NCBI GenBank assembly: GCA_002269645.1
Contig: NIVC01000428.1
Coordinates: 124,001 to 188,000, forward strand
DNA length: 64,000 bases
Source of the DNA: Macrostomum lignano
Taxonomy: Eukaryota
Direction: 5' to 3'
Shown: positions 1 to 31,498 of the stretch, one piece after another
Numbering within the stretch: the stretch's first letter is position 1
Layout of the letters: every line of letters starts with the position of its first letter
Program-made: the position numbers and the translations under genes
The notes under the pieces: generated by a model
What the model was told of the DNA's origin: nothing
Database searches by the model: none
The model's input: the letters and a program-made list of their open reading frames with translations, nothing else

Positions 1-204
1 TACGAGATGAATCCCAAGAGGAGTTTGTATCAACCGGAGCAAAACGATAGCTCGAACCGCTTAAGCGAACCATTGTCTTCTTACTTAAATGTAGCAGCTC
101 CACGTCGGAGAAGAAGACATAACAATGAGAGAGGGTGTGAAAAAGGGTGTGAGAGAGGGAGTGAAAAAGGATTTGAAAAAAAGTGTGAAACAGGGTATTA
201 GAGA

Positions 205-556
205 AGATGTGAGAGGGTATGTGAGAGGGTGTGTGAGAGGGTGTGTGAGAGGTTGTGTGAAAGGTTGTGTGAGAGGGTGTGTGAGAGGGTGTGTGAGAGG
301 GTGTGTGAGAGGTTGTGTGAGAGGTTGTGTGAGAGGGTGTGTGAGAGGGTGTGTGAGAGGGTGTGTGAGAGGTTGTGTGAGAGGTTGTGTGAGAGGGTGT
401 GTCAGAGGGTGTGTGAGAGGGTGTGTGAGAGGGTGTGTGAGAGGGTGTGTGAAAGGTTGTGTGAGAGGGTGTGTGAGAGGGTGTGTGAGAGGGTGTGTGA
501 GAGAGTGTGTGAGAGGGTGTGTGAGAGGGTGTGTGAGAGGGTGTGTGAGAGGGTAT
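205..556 (+). repeat. 12-bp minisatellite (GAGGGTGTGTGA)n in LLTP intron
   Basis: Direct tandem repeat visible in sequence; explains the repetitive ORFs 85..627, 125..565 and 229..558. Confidence 0.95.
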
Positions 557-627
557 GAGAGGTGAGAGAGAGAGTGTCCGGGAGTTCGGAAGCCGCTGGA
601 ATCCCCGGCCGCGAACCCCCGGCTCAC

Positions 628-20237
<19,610 letters not shown>

Positions 20238-21543
20238 GTGTTTCCTGGCGTGCTGTAGCCGTTTGTAAGCTGTGTTTTTAGCACAGATTCGCTGTAATTG
20301 CAACAGAGAAAAATTGCTGCAAAAATAGCGACCTGTTGTTGACTCGGGGGCTGTCACTTCAAGTTAATCTGCTCTGGCTTTGAGCGAGTGTTGAAGAAGA
20401 AAGCCAGCACAGTTGAGGGTTCAGGGTGCAGAGAGATAACAGTAAATCAGCAGGGGTGCGCAGATTTTGTTCGTCAGCTTTTGACAAACTGACTCGCCTC
20501 ACTCGCCGCAGGTGCGCCTTTTGCATCACAGGCAGAAATTTGCACCGGTTTATCAGCAAGCGAGCGGTGCAGTGCGCACACTGCTGAAACCCCCCTAAAA
20601 ATTGGAACCAATGGGTGTAAAACATTTGACTCGTATTCCAGTGGTAGAATTCAGCAGCTTATGAAATCATTTTTGCTGACATTTCCACATTTCATTGCAA
20701 TCATTCGACTTTGATCTCGCTAAAATTATAATAATGTATTTTTATGCATTCTATAGAATACCTGGAAACAAACGCCTCATTCCCAGATAATTTCTTGTCA
20801 ATGAATTTCCTCACCCTGCGGAACCCATGCTGTCTGAAGATAATTTCCTTCGTTTTATGTTCTGGATTCGCTAGATTTCATATCCGGGATTATCCGGGAT
20901 TGCCGAATGAGGAGGCGAGAATTGAAAAATGCAGACTCGTGGCCATGGCAGCTCAGGGCGTCTGCCTTGCCACCTGTTAAAACTGATAATGACAGCTCGG
21001 ACTCGATGTCCTGAATATCTATTTTCAAATTCCCAGTTAATAATTTCCAATGTCAAATTCCAAATCTCAAATTCCGAGTCCCGAATTCTGAGTCCCGAAT
21101 TCCGAGTCCAGAATTCCGAGTTGTGAATTCCCAGTTGTGAATTCCGAGTCTCGAGTTCCGAGTCCCGAATATTCCAGTCAGGACTTTTCAGTTCCATCTT
21201 GGAATGATCTCAAGACTAAATAAAAGCGAGTCAAAATTTGTACACAATGAAATGTACACAATGAACTTTCACATATATTTGTGTGCCAAAAGCATTGACC
21301 AGATAAACAAAAAGTAATCGTTTATTAGATATTACAAATTCAAAATTTAGTCAACTTCCTAAGTAGACTGATTTGTGCCAACCGCATCTGTGACGAGAGA
21401 ATCGAATTATTGTAATCAAGGTGCCAATATGTTTAAAATTTGTAATCACAATTGCTAGGAAACCGTTGTAAACCTGTGGAGGGGCTGTGACTGACGATTC
21501 GGGAGAATAATCCATTCGGAAAATGCAAATCTTCAATTTCAAT

Positions 21544-21801
21544 TTAGATCGCTAGCGGTGTCTGACGAAGAGACGCGCCCAGCAGGCAGACCAAGTTGGG
21601 GTGGCGCAGCTCCCAGCGGGCCTGAGTGTCCCGGCCGAACTCCGCCTGGGTGCGGGCGTCGGCCGCGGCGCTGAGGCAGTTGATGGCCACTGGCGTCAGC
21701 GAGGTGTCCGAGTACAGCCCGATGAGCTCGCCTTTGTACACCTTGCCGAATGCGGACTCGCCGATCTCCTCTCCAAAGCTGCGGGATTGAGTTGCGATAG
21801 T
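21544..21801 (-). pseudogene. Isolated exon of a ROR/MuSK-like receptor tyrosine kinase (subdomains I-IV)
   Basis: Translates LSQLNPAALERIGESAFGKVYKGELIGLYSDTSLTPVAINCL...ELRHPNLVCLLGASLRQTPLAI*. Matches the ROR-type pattern GExxFGKVYKG...VAIK...HPNIVCLLG. Plausible acceptor (aattag) at 21802; stop follows with no donor; no other kinase exons seen nearby. Confidence 0.6.
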
Positions 21802-21807
21802 CTAATT

Positions 21808-22170
21808 AATCATAATCATAATCAGAATCAGAATCATAATAATCGTCATAATAATAATCATAATCATAGTTATAATCATAATCGTAATCGTAATCATAAT
21901 CATAATCATATTCATAGTCACAATCATAATCGTAATCGTAAGGATAATCATAATCACAATCATAGTCACAATCATAATCATAATCATAATCATATTCATA
22001 ATCATATTCATAATCTTAATCATATTCATATTCATATTCATATTCATATTTATAATCACAATCATAATCACAATCATAATCATAATCATAATCATAATCA
22101 TATTCGTAATCATAATCATAATCATAATCGTAATCATAATTACAATCATAATCAGTCATAATCCTAATCA
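21808..22170 (+). repeat. Degenerate (AATCAT)n hexamer repeat
   Basis: Visible; produces the NH/MI-repeat ORFs. Confidence 0.9.
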
Positions 22171-22544
22171 TAGACAATCAAAAATATTCCGTGACTCATG
22201 TTTTCAAAGGATTTTGTATAGGTTATATAGCTAGCTCTGCAATATCAATGTAAATTATCAAAGTGAATGTCATGTTTAATTCCACGTTACAATGTTAGAC
22301 ATCACGCAACTCACGAACATGTGAAATTAAATTACCTTACGAAAACGAAAAAAAATTAAATTTCTGCATAACAAACTGCTCTAACAAATTTTGCTGCTTT
22401 TTATGTGTGATTTCAATACAGACATGCAGGCTGCAGTTGTATTATTTCATATTTTTTAAAGTTAAATCTTTTTTTTAAATTTTACATGATTATTTTAGTT
22501 GAAACAAGAGAATTAAAATCAGTTTGAATCATGAAACAATCCCG

Positions 22545-22686
22545 GGATTTAAGCCTTACAATCCTGGGATCCCAATCCCACACTGTTGTAATCCCGAGGA
22601 TCATAAATCCTGAAATTTCAAGTCCCAAAAAATCCCGGGATTGAAATCCCGTGTTTTGAGGCTAAATCCCGGGATTGGAATGCCTA
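22545..22686. mobile_element. Fragment of a DNA-transposon-like family rich in ATCCCGGGAT subrepeats
   Basis: Multiple AATCCCGGGATT motifs ending GGATTGGAATGCCTA; more decayed relatives near 59620-59725 and 61410-61545. Confidence 0.45.
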
Positions 22687-23389
22687 TATATGGCTAGGCC
22701 TATATCAAAGTTGTTATATTTAAATGTTTAATCTTATAGACTTAGTCAAGTCAGTGACTCATTATTATCATATGACAATTTTGACTAGGCCTACATCCTA
22801 ATAAAAATAGATTATTTAATTTGTTAGCAGAAAAAAATCAAAGCATAATTAGTTCCAATGCTAGGCCTACTTGCCAGTAGCAGATTTAGAGGGGGGCACA
22901 TAGGGTGCGCATCCCCCGTTGAGTTTAATTTTTATATATGAAAAATACACATTATCATATATATATACTTGTGCATGATATGCATATATATGTACCTTAG
23001 TAGTCTACGCCCTCCCCATTAATGGGCAGCGGGAGCTTGTGGCCCCAGGGGCATATGCCCCCCTAGAAAATGAGTCCATGTGGTAATTTGTGCTTTTTCT
23101 GATTTTAGGCCCTAATTAGCAGCTTATAAAGGTACATGTGCTAGAACAGTTGCTAGAATGGTTTAAAACATCAATTTTTATCGTTGTTATTGTTTTCTGG
23201 TTTTGAACTTTCAAATTTAAACGAAAAATAATTTTGCGAACGAAACTGTACTATTTGCATAAAAGCGAACGAAACTGCACTATTGCCAAGCCAAAAAACA
23301 CTAGATTAAAAGCTTTTACTATAAGACATAAGGCTATAACTAAGTGAACACTTGTTAGTTTGCAATAGCTATTTATTTCAGCCATTTCC

Positions 23390-25222
23390 TGTTTTCTAAA
23401 TATGCAAATTTTGGGTATTGCATACCTCAAATAATGACTTGGATGCCTGGCACTCATCTCGAGCGATTTGAGCAGCTGATGTAAACAGCTCTGTGTGGGC
23501 TCTGTGGAGTACACGCTGCCGTAGAAGTGCACGGGCTGCAACTCCATGGAGTGGCAGATGCCCGACATGGCCTTTGCCTTTTCTGCACTTGTCTCCGTGT
23601 TACACAACACTTGCTAGACATTTAGTGAGAGCATTACGTTTTGTGCACCGCCAGTAAATAGAATCTCCTCGTTTACGGGAAATAACGAAGGAGTGCTCCC
23701 CGTCGACAATTAGCAGATAATTTTTCCAGTTCGAACCACTGGGCACTAAAGCAAATTCTGGTACCCCAAGTTCAATAATGTGCACTGTATCTACATGTAT
23801 TGGCAGCTCGTCACCAGTCGGCAGCTCTGCGGCAGTCGGCAGCTCTGCAGCAGTTGGCAGCTCTGCGGCAGTTGGCAGCTCTGCGGCAGTTGGCAGCTCT
23901 GCAGCAGTTGGCAGCTCTGCAGCAGTTGGCAGCTCTGCGGCAGTCTATAGCTTTGCAGTGGTCGGCAGCTCTGCAGCAGTCTATAGCTCTGCAGCAGTTG
24001 GCAGCTCTGCAGCAGTTGGCAGCTCTGCGGCAGTTGGCAGCTCTGCGGCGGTTGGCAGCTCTGCAGCAGTTGGCAGCTCTGCGGCAGTCTATAGCTCTGC
24101 GGCGGTCGGCAGCTCTGCAGCGGTCGGCAGCTCTGCGGCAGTTGGCAGCTCTGCGGCAGTTGGCAGCTCTGCAGCAGTTGGCAGCTCTGCAGCAGTTGGC
24201 AGCTCTGCGGCAGTCTATAGCTTTGCAGTGGTCGGCAGCTCTGCAGCAGTCTATAGCTCTGCAGCAGTTGGCAGCTCTGCAGCAGTTGGCAGCTCTGCGG
24301 CAGTTGGCAGCTCTGCGGCGGTTGGCAGCTCTGCAGCAGTTGGCAGCTCTGCGGCAGTCTATAGCTCTGCGGCGGTCGGCAGCTCTGCAGCGGTCGGCAG
24401 CTCTGCGGCAGTTGGCAGCTCTGCGGCAGTTGGCAGCTCTGCGGCAGTTGGCAGCTCTGCAGCAGTTGGCAGCTCTGCAGCAGTTGGCAGCTCTGCGGCA
24501 GCCAGCAGCTCGGTGCCGTCTGTATCGCCTGCTATAATGTTGACTGTGCTGGTGTTAGCTGCTGTTCTGCCTTCGTCTGCTGCGCCAGCTGGGGCACTGG
24601 TTTCACTCATAGAAATGTCATCGGGGTTTGGTTGTCTCACAGCTGGGACATTTCCATTGAAACAACTTCTGCATTTTCATAAGCTTATACTGCGCCAGAG
24701 AAATGGCTGCATTTCCAGTCAAGCAAGTTCGGTGATGCCAAAAGTTGCATCCATCACACAGGACTCCCTGTTGACGCTCTCGGACTCTAAACCTGCACAA
24801 TGTGCACACTTCCATGCATGACAGCTACAGTTGACTAAAAGTGTCAGCGCTTTGAAATATATAGCTTATACTTAGCTGGTGTGTGGGGTGGGTGATGGGT
24901 TATGGCGCCATAGTACACCATAATTTTCATGCTACTGTCAGGTAGCTTCAGTCTCCTTCACTTCTCTGGTTTCGCGGTTGGGGGTAGGTGAGGGCATTGC
25001 GTCATTCGCGCGGCTTTTGGGTCTACGGTTTTCAATGACAACTGCATTGACTTTGACTTGGATTGAGTTAGAACGCTCTTGGAAACACACAGTTGTACTC
25101 AGACAATAAGCATTGTCGCCAAATTTAACATTGCTTGTTGCCAAAGTCACAATTTTTCATGTTGCCAAATTGCCGAAATCAACTGTCACCAAAAAGCCTG
25201 GCACCCCATTCAGCCGCTGCTG
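23390..25222 (-). mobile_element. Degenerate PHD-finger plus FLYWCH zinc-finger ORF, probably a Mutator-like (MULE) element relic
   Basis: 24815-24618 PHD (CTLC...LCDGCNFWHHRTC...WKCPSC); frameshift to an AAELPT repeat; then YWRCTKR...CLASVV*HGDKCRKGKGHVGH (FLYWCH-type, premature TAA). FLYWCH with PHD is typical of MULE-associated ORFs. No DDE domain or partner TIR found, so the boundaries are approximate. Confidence 0.6.
23810..24500 (+). repeat. 18-bp tandem repeat (GGCAGCTCTGCAGCAGTT)n with a 270-bp higher-order duplication
   Basis: The variant cagtctatagctttgcagtg recurs at 23941 and 24211 (270 bp = 15 units). Confidence 0.92.
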
Positions 25223-25525
25223 CTTTTTTCATAGCCTCTAAATGGTCTATATTTTATATCATCGACGGGCCAATTATGCAAAGCTGATTAGGGATCAAAT
25301 CCTGTAGCTTTGTTTAAAAATCTTCTTAAAATCTTAAAAAGAAAAATGACTGAGTAAATGCTTAGGATAATTTATTTTAATTTTTTAAGCTAATAGAAAG
25401 AACAATCTAATCAAAGTAAAGGTGTTACTTTGACCGCAAGTTTGGGAACATCCTAGCTGTTTAAAATATTCTTGAAGTTCTTAGAAAATAATAATAATAA
25501 AATTACAAACCCTAAGTAAGTAATG

Positions 25526-26189
25526 TGTGACGAATAAAGCGGAAGACTTTGTGTAGCGGATAATTGGGATTAATCTACGATCCAGCAGATCAGCAGCCGA
25601 TTTTATCCTTAGCGTGAATTTGCAGATTTAGTATATTTGGATTGGTACTTGATTTGATGCGCCTAGCAAGGGCCGGTCAGGATTCAGTTGATTGGTGGGT
25701 GGGCTGAGGCAGGCGGTAGAGGGTTAAGGTAAAGAGGCCAGACAGCTAAGGGACCCGCAAGCTTAGAGCGAGAAGCGAAGCGACGAAGCAAAAGGAAAGA
25801 GCGGCCGCTGACTGCAAGTGTATTTTTATAATTGGTGAGTAAACAAGATAACAACAAGCTTAATCCAAAAACCAGACAAACCCCACTCAGGCAAAATGTA
25901 CATGTACAAATTAATCGATAAAGACATAAAGACAACGATAAATCGACAAGAATAACATACGTCAGTACATGTACATAGGTAGGACTACTTTACGATAAAT
26001 AATAACGATATGAATGAAATACAAATAATAGAATAAATACATAAGAGGCTACAAAAAACAAAGCAATTAACCGTAAAAATAGCGCGATAATAATACGTAC
26101 GAATATTGTTAAAATAAATGAAAGAAAACGGTATGCATATGAAAATAAAGAAATACGATACACGCGATTCTACGAATCACACTGTCACA
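25526..26189. mobile_element. Solo LTR (664 bp) with 4-bp TSD, Gypsy-like
   Basis: Begins TGTGAC (25526) and ends GTCACA (26189), giving TG...CA inverted termini; flanked on both sides by AATG (25522-25525, 26190-26193). Confidence 0.75.
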
Positions 26190-26759
26190 AATGCTGCATA
26201 AAAGTTTTTCATGAATACGCTACGTCGCTACTATATAGGCCTATAATTTGTGAACTGGTAGTTAGCTAGGGTTTTTGTTGATTGATATTATAATTTTTTA
26301 CCCAAATGATTAACTTTCTGTTTCTGATTTTTTAGGCTATTAATATATTTAATCATTTTTTTAGTAATTGTGAATAGGTCTCTAGGATAATAGATGAAGT
26401 TCATGGACATAGAAGGAGTGAAATATCGATAAGCCTAAGCCTAGCCTTACCCTCACCAAACAGCCAAAAAATTATGCTTTGCTTCATAAAATTGTCACTT
26501 GTCAAGTTTTGAATGTTTAGTGTTTGTTAAATATTTTTAGGCCTAACCATTTATTAGGCTAGAAAGATAGGCCTATCTATCTATTCTCCAATTGGCTATT
26601 GATGCAAAAAAAATTGACAAAATAAAAATTGCTTTTGCCCTTGCCCTTGTTACTTCTATAGAAGTAAAAGTCTAGTCCATAATATTTTTTTAAATATTAC
26701 TTAGTTGGACTTTAATTTAAACATATTTAATTTTAAGTCATTTTTTATATTAAAAGTTA

Positions 26760-27199
26760 GGCAGTTGTTATTCTTATGTTATTATGGTGACCATATAAAA
26801 AACAAAATAGTTATTTTTACAATTAACGCATAAGACACTATGCAGGCCTATGCTATGGTCTTTATTTAATGTAATTGTATAAATAACAAAACTGTTATTT
26901 TTATGATCATCATAGCCATAGGTAGGAAGCAAAATGGCTATTTTTATGGTCATGTAGAAGAAATTTTTGTTAAATTACAAGGTAATAGTTGACAATTACC
27001 TAAAGTAAGCTACCATGAAAAGAAGCACTAGAAGTTACCATTGTATTTATTAATAAAATGTTTCTTTATTTTTTAAATTTAACCATAATAGTATTGCATA
27101 GCAAGTTTATCACTTCATTTAGATGGTATTTGTTTTAAGTATTAACCATAAAAATAACTATTTCGCTATTTATATAGTCACGTAACAATAACAACTGCC
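26760..27199. mobile_element. Mutator-type MITE (440 bp) with 9-bp TSD
   Basis: Inverted termini GGCAGTTGTTATT / AATAACAACTGCC with about 60 bp of degenerate TIR; identical 9-bp flanks TAAAAGTTA at 26751-26759 and 27200-27208. Confidence 0.8.
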
Positions 27200-30000
27200 T
27201 AAAAGTTATGCCTAGATTATGATAATGAGGTAAAGGTAGAAAAATGGTTTTGGTTGTCATTGGAGCAGTGTGTTAATTTGAATTGCTACCTGCATTGAGT
27301 TTATACAAATCAAGCCAGAAAATTGTGTAGTCAAATCTCATTTTAACAAATTTTCTCCTGTGTACTCTGTTTACCAAGTCTTTAGTTCTAGGGGGAAAGT
27401 AGTCATTAGTCATAATTGTAGTCAAGTAGTCTATTCATTAGGCATAGTCATTCAAATTATTTCTCAAACACTATGATTTCAATGAAATCAATTTGTATAG
27501 GCCTAGATTGCATAGATGCTTACTAAGAGTAAAGTAGCATTACCACTATTGTAATTATTTATATATTATAAAACATTAATTTCTTAAAGCTTATTTGGAA
27601 TTGAGAACAGTTAGCTATTTTATGTCCCACAGGCAAATTACTCAAAATAGAACTATAGGCTTTTTGATCAAAGATTAAAATGCTTAAATGTTGTTTTGCA
27701 TATACTATTTATTAAGAGCAGATTAAGATTATGTTCAAATGGGACTATATGGCAATTCAATCACATTAGCACTACAGTGCACAGGGTTAAAAAATAAAAG
27801 CTGCTAGTAATTGATCCCAAGTTTAGAGCTAAACAAAATAGCAAAGAAAGTAAGTTCTGGTAAAGAAAATGAGTAATAAAAGAAAGAGAGTAAGAAAGAT
27901 AAAAATACGTAAGCAGTAAGAAAAAGTAAATAGATAAGTAAGAAAGAAAGATAAGATTGTTCTAATTATAGGCATAACTTTTGAATGAATTGACATTTTT
28001 ACCCAATTTAAAAAGCAAATCAACCATTAGATTTTTTTCTACTTATGACGCAAGTTGCATCAAATTCGAGTATTACAGTCAATCTCTGTATCAGTTTTTC
28101 CCACTATTTCTGGGACAACCCTCATAAAATGGTGGGTCACACACATAAATAGGTTAAGCAAAATCAGCACATGGACAAAGGGGCCTAAGGGATAGGAAGG
28201 GGGGGGGCAAATAGAAAATAGAACAATAGAGCTTTAGATGCTATGGCATTATAGCCTCTATATAAGAAACAACAAAAATCCTATAGGTTAACACTAGTTG
28301 GCAATTTGCTAAGTAGGTACCTCATTGCATACCAGAGGCAAGAGCCAGTGTGGTAGGTGGTGTTGACTGCTTAGGTGCTATGGCTAACTTAGAGGCAAGC
28401 TAAGCACTTAAACCTAGCCATCTTTGAATCAAAGCTTTTTGAGACATTTTTCAATGGCTGCATCCCAAAATACCCTTAGGCAAGATATCTAATTGTTGCT
28501 TAGCTAGTTGGCTTCCCAATAGGCAATAGCTAGCAAAAGAGCCAGCCTGGGCTGGGGTTGCCTTTCACCTTGGTGAAAACTCTCTTTTACCTATTAGAGT
28601 TGCTTTTCAAGAAAGTCTAGCATTTTGGCGAGGGGCATCTACTGGCAGAGACTCTGCCAGGGTTTATCAATCTAGACTCATCCCTTGCAGGCAGCTTGGT
28701 AGAAGGCCTCTTTGAAGGCCTGTTGCAATAGTGGCATAGGCATGTAGAAGCTCCATCTTGCCATATTGAAGCCAAGGGGCTCAAGCTGGAGGGGCCTCCT
28801 AATCTGCTTGTTGGGTTATAGTTTCTTGCATATTAATGTTTCTAGACATTTTGATGATGCTCAGACAGCTAATTAGCAGAATTAAAATCAGTTAGTGAGC
28901 AAACAAAAGGCACAGTTAGGCAAAATAATAAATAGATTGGGCTCAAAGGTAGCAAAGATAGAGCAATTTAATAAATAGGTAGACTATAGCAATGGTGGCA
29001 AGAAAACAAAGCATAGAAAATGAATGCAGTAAAAAATAAAAATTAGAATCACTTTAAATACTCATATGGCTAGCCAGTTATTAGATAAAAGGGTCTAACT
29101 AGTGGCCAATAGCCGTAAACCCCTATTGTGCACTCCAATTGAGGTTATGCCTAGAGATTGGGGTGTAGAAAAATCAAGGAGCAATACATAAAAATGACAT
29201 AAAATTTTTTTACATTTTATCGTAAAAATGATAAACCACTAAATAGGGGTGCAGTGTTGCCTGTTAGGATTTAGGCTACATGCTAGATCAATTAAAAAGA
29301 AAGGCCCCAATGGGCTCATATGAATGGAGGATTGTATGGGAGAAAAGAGCCATAGTGTTTTGTATAATATAAGTTTAGAAATTAGCCAAAATGACTATAA
29401 GGGAGCAACTCAAGGCTCCTTTACTAATATTAATAATAGCAAAAATAGATTGTATGATATTAACCAATATAGTAAGCATTGGTCTCTATAAGGAGTTATA
29501 TAAACAAAAAGGCAAAAAGGCACTGGGAAAATTTTCCTATGCTTTGGCTTGATTGAACTTAGATTGGGAGCCACTTTTCATCTCAAATGCCTTTATTGGG
29601 GACAAGGCCTTGAACAAAGAGCCTGACCCAAGTGTGGCAGAACCAATAGCAAAATAAAATGAATTGGTTAGAAGAAATTAATCTCTAGCTCATTAACAAA
29701 AAGCTAAGAAGGTTTACAAATAATTTAAATTTGCCTAATTACTGCTGAAAGGGAAAAGGTCTTTTAGCACTTTGACTATGTGCAAAGAGTGCACAGCAAA
29801 AAGGGGTTTCACAGAATTGAAGGGGTCAAATCATACAGTTATTGTAATATATGTAAATAAGTATTAGTGCAGAGGTGCAAGCTTACTATAATGCATCGCG
29901 TAAGCATGCACACAGAAGATAGATTTTTGCTTTTATCTAGAAAACTTAAAGACAATTAAAAAGGGGGAACTGCTTTTGTCTAAAAAGTATAAGAAAAAGG

Positions 30001-30200
30001 GAGCTGCTTTTACCCTCAAGCACAAGGTCACATTGAAAAGGAGAAACTGCTTTTACCCTCAAGCACAAGGTCACATTGAAAAGGAGAAACTGCTTTTACC
30101 CTCAAGCACAAGGTCACATTGAAAAGGAGAAACTGCTTTTACCCTTAAGCACAAGGTCACATTGAAAAAAAGAAAAACTGCTTTTACCTTTAAGCATAAG
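30001..30200 (+). repeat. 43-bp tandem repeat, about 4 copies plus degenerate copies
   Basis: CACAAGGTCACATTGAAAAGGAGAAACTGCTTTTACCCTCAAG at 30021, 30064, 30107 and ~30150. Confidence 0.85.
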
Positions 30201-30499
30201 GAAAAAACTAGTAGAAAATTAAAACATTTCTTTTATCCCAAAATCATAAGGAAACTTAACAAGGAATTGAAACATTGCTTTTATCCCAAAAGCATAAGGA
30301 AAATTGACAGAAAATTAAAAGAAACTATTTTCAACACTGAGCAGATGCAGAGAGCTTATAGCAGCAGAATAAAATTAGAGCATTTGTAATTTTAACTATT
30401 AGTAATAGTGCACAAAATAAATTAGCACTCAATGTGCACTTAAATTTTGCAGTTAATTATCTTAAATTTTGATTTCCATGCCAATCTCAAACAGATCCA

Positions 30500-30990
30500 G
30501 GTTGCCTTTGGCTAGCACCTCCAGATGGTATAAGCTTGTCTCAAATAGTTGGCTGCCTCAAACAGTTAGCTATGGCCTGCTGTTCCAAAGCAGGCTGATT
30601 GGCTAGGTCTACTTCGCTGTCTTTGCTTGACTTGTAAGTCAGCATTGGCTGCTCAGTTTGGTGCATTAGCTCCGAGCTCCAGTGGTCAGTCTGCTATCAT
30701 TTGTGGCACCTTGATAATGCTATTGTGATAGACTACTATTTTGGCTAGATGTCCTCATTGGGCTATTGCTGGCTTGATCTAGTAGGCCACTTGACCAACT
30801 TTCCTGACAATCTTATATATGCTCTTGTATAGCCAGTGGATTTTGGGCAGCTCTCCTAACTCAAGCTTTGGGTTGGCCAAGCAGACAAGGTCTCAGGGCT
30901 GCAGTTCCATGGCCTTTGGGTGGTTCTCATAATACTCCTCTTGGCATTGAGGCCAACTGGGGTCTAACAAGGCATGGATAGCCAGTGATA
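30500..30990 (-). mobile_element. Decayed Gypsy-like integrase C-terminal (GPY/F) fragment
   Basis: Minus-strand reading QEEYYENHPKAMELQP*DLVCLANP...YKIVRKVGQVAY*I resembles the Gypsy pattern QKxYYD...ELQPGDLV...GPYKVVRKVGxVAY; contains stops. Confidence 0.5.
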
Positions 30991-31231
30991 GGAAAAGCTA
31001 GAAGAAGTGATATGTTTGCTTTTTTCTATCTAAAAACAGCCATTTTTAATAAAAAGCCTGATAACTTTTTTATTCCTAAACCAAATTTTTAATTGAGATT
31101 ATTTTGGAAAGCTGTTATGGTTTAAAAGATGTATGAATTAAAAACATTTTTGAACTTTCAAAATCTTACGAGAGTCCTTATTCTAGGACTAAAAGAAAAG
31201 GGCATTGTTATTATTATAATATACTAGGCTA

Positions 31232-31472
31232 GGGCCTATATGTATATAAATCTCTAAGATCCATCTGTCTTTTTGTCTGTCTATCCCTTTAATATTTCAG
31301 TCTATAGCCTAAATGCCTAAGCCATTGTTATTAAATGCTAAGAAATTTTTTTGATTGTTTAAATGATCATTGTAGTTTGCTAAGGATACTAAGGAGCTAG
31401 TATCCAATAAAAGGAGATAAATGCTCTGACTTCTGAGGGGATAAATAAGAATTATCAAAGGAATAGTACTAG
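31232..31472 (+). mobile_element. Possible non-autonomous Helitron
   Basis: 5' (C)CTATATGTATATAAA...CTGTCT microsatellite-like start and 3' CTAG followed by T; the expected 3' hairpin is not clear. Confidence 0.3.
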
Positions 31473-31498
31473 TTGTAGACTAGGAATGATTGCAGACT

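Noticed and set aside
1-125. Next LLTP exon at the window start
   Set aside because: Candidate frames are short and not recognisable; cannot be resolved without the flanking sequence.
85-627. Repetitive ORFs (LTHP, CVRG, CERV repeats)
   Set aside because: Translations of a 12-bp minisatellite open in several frames.
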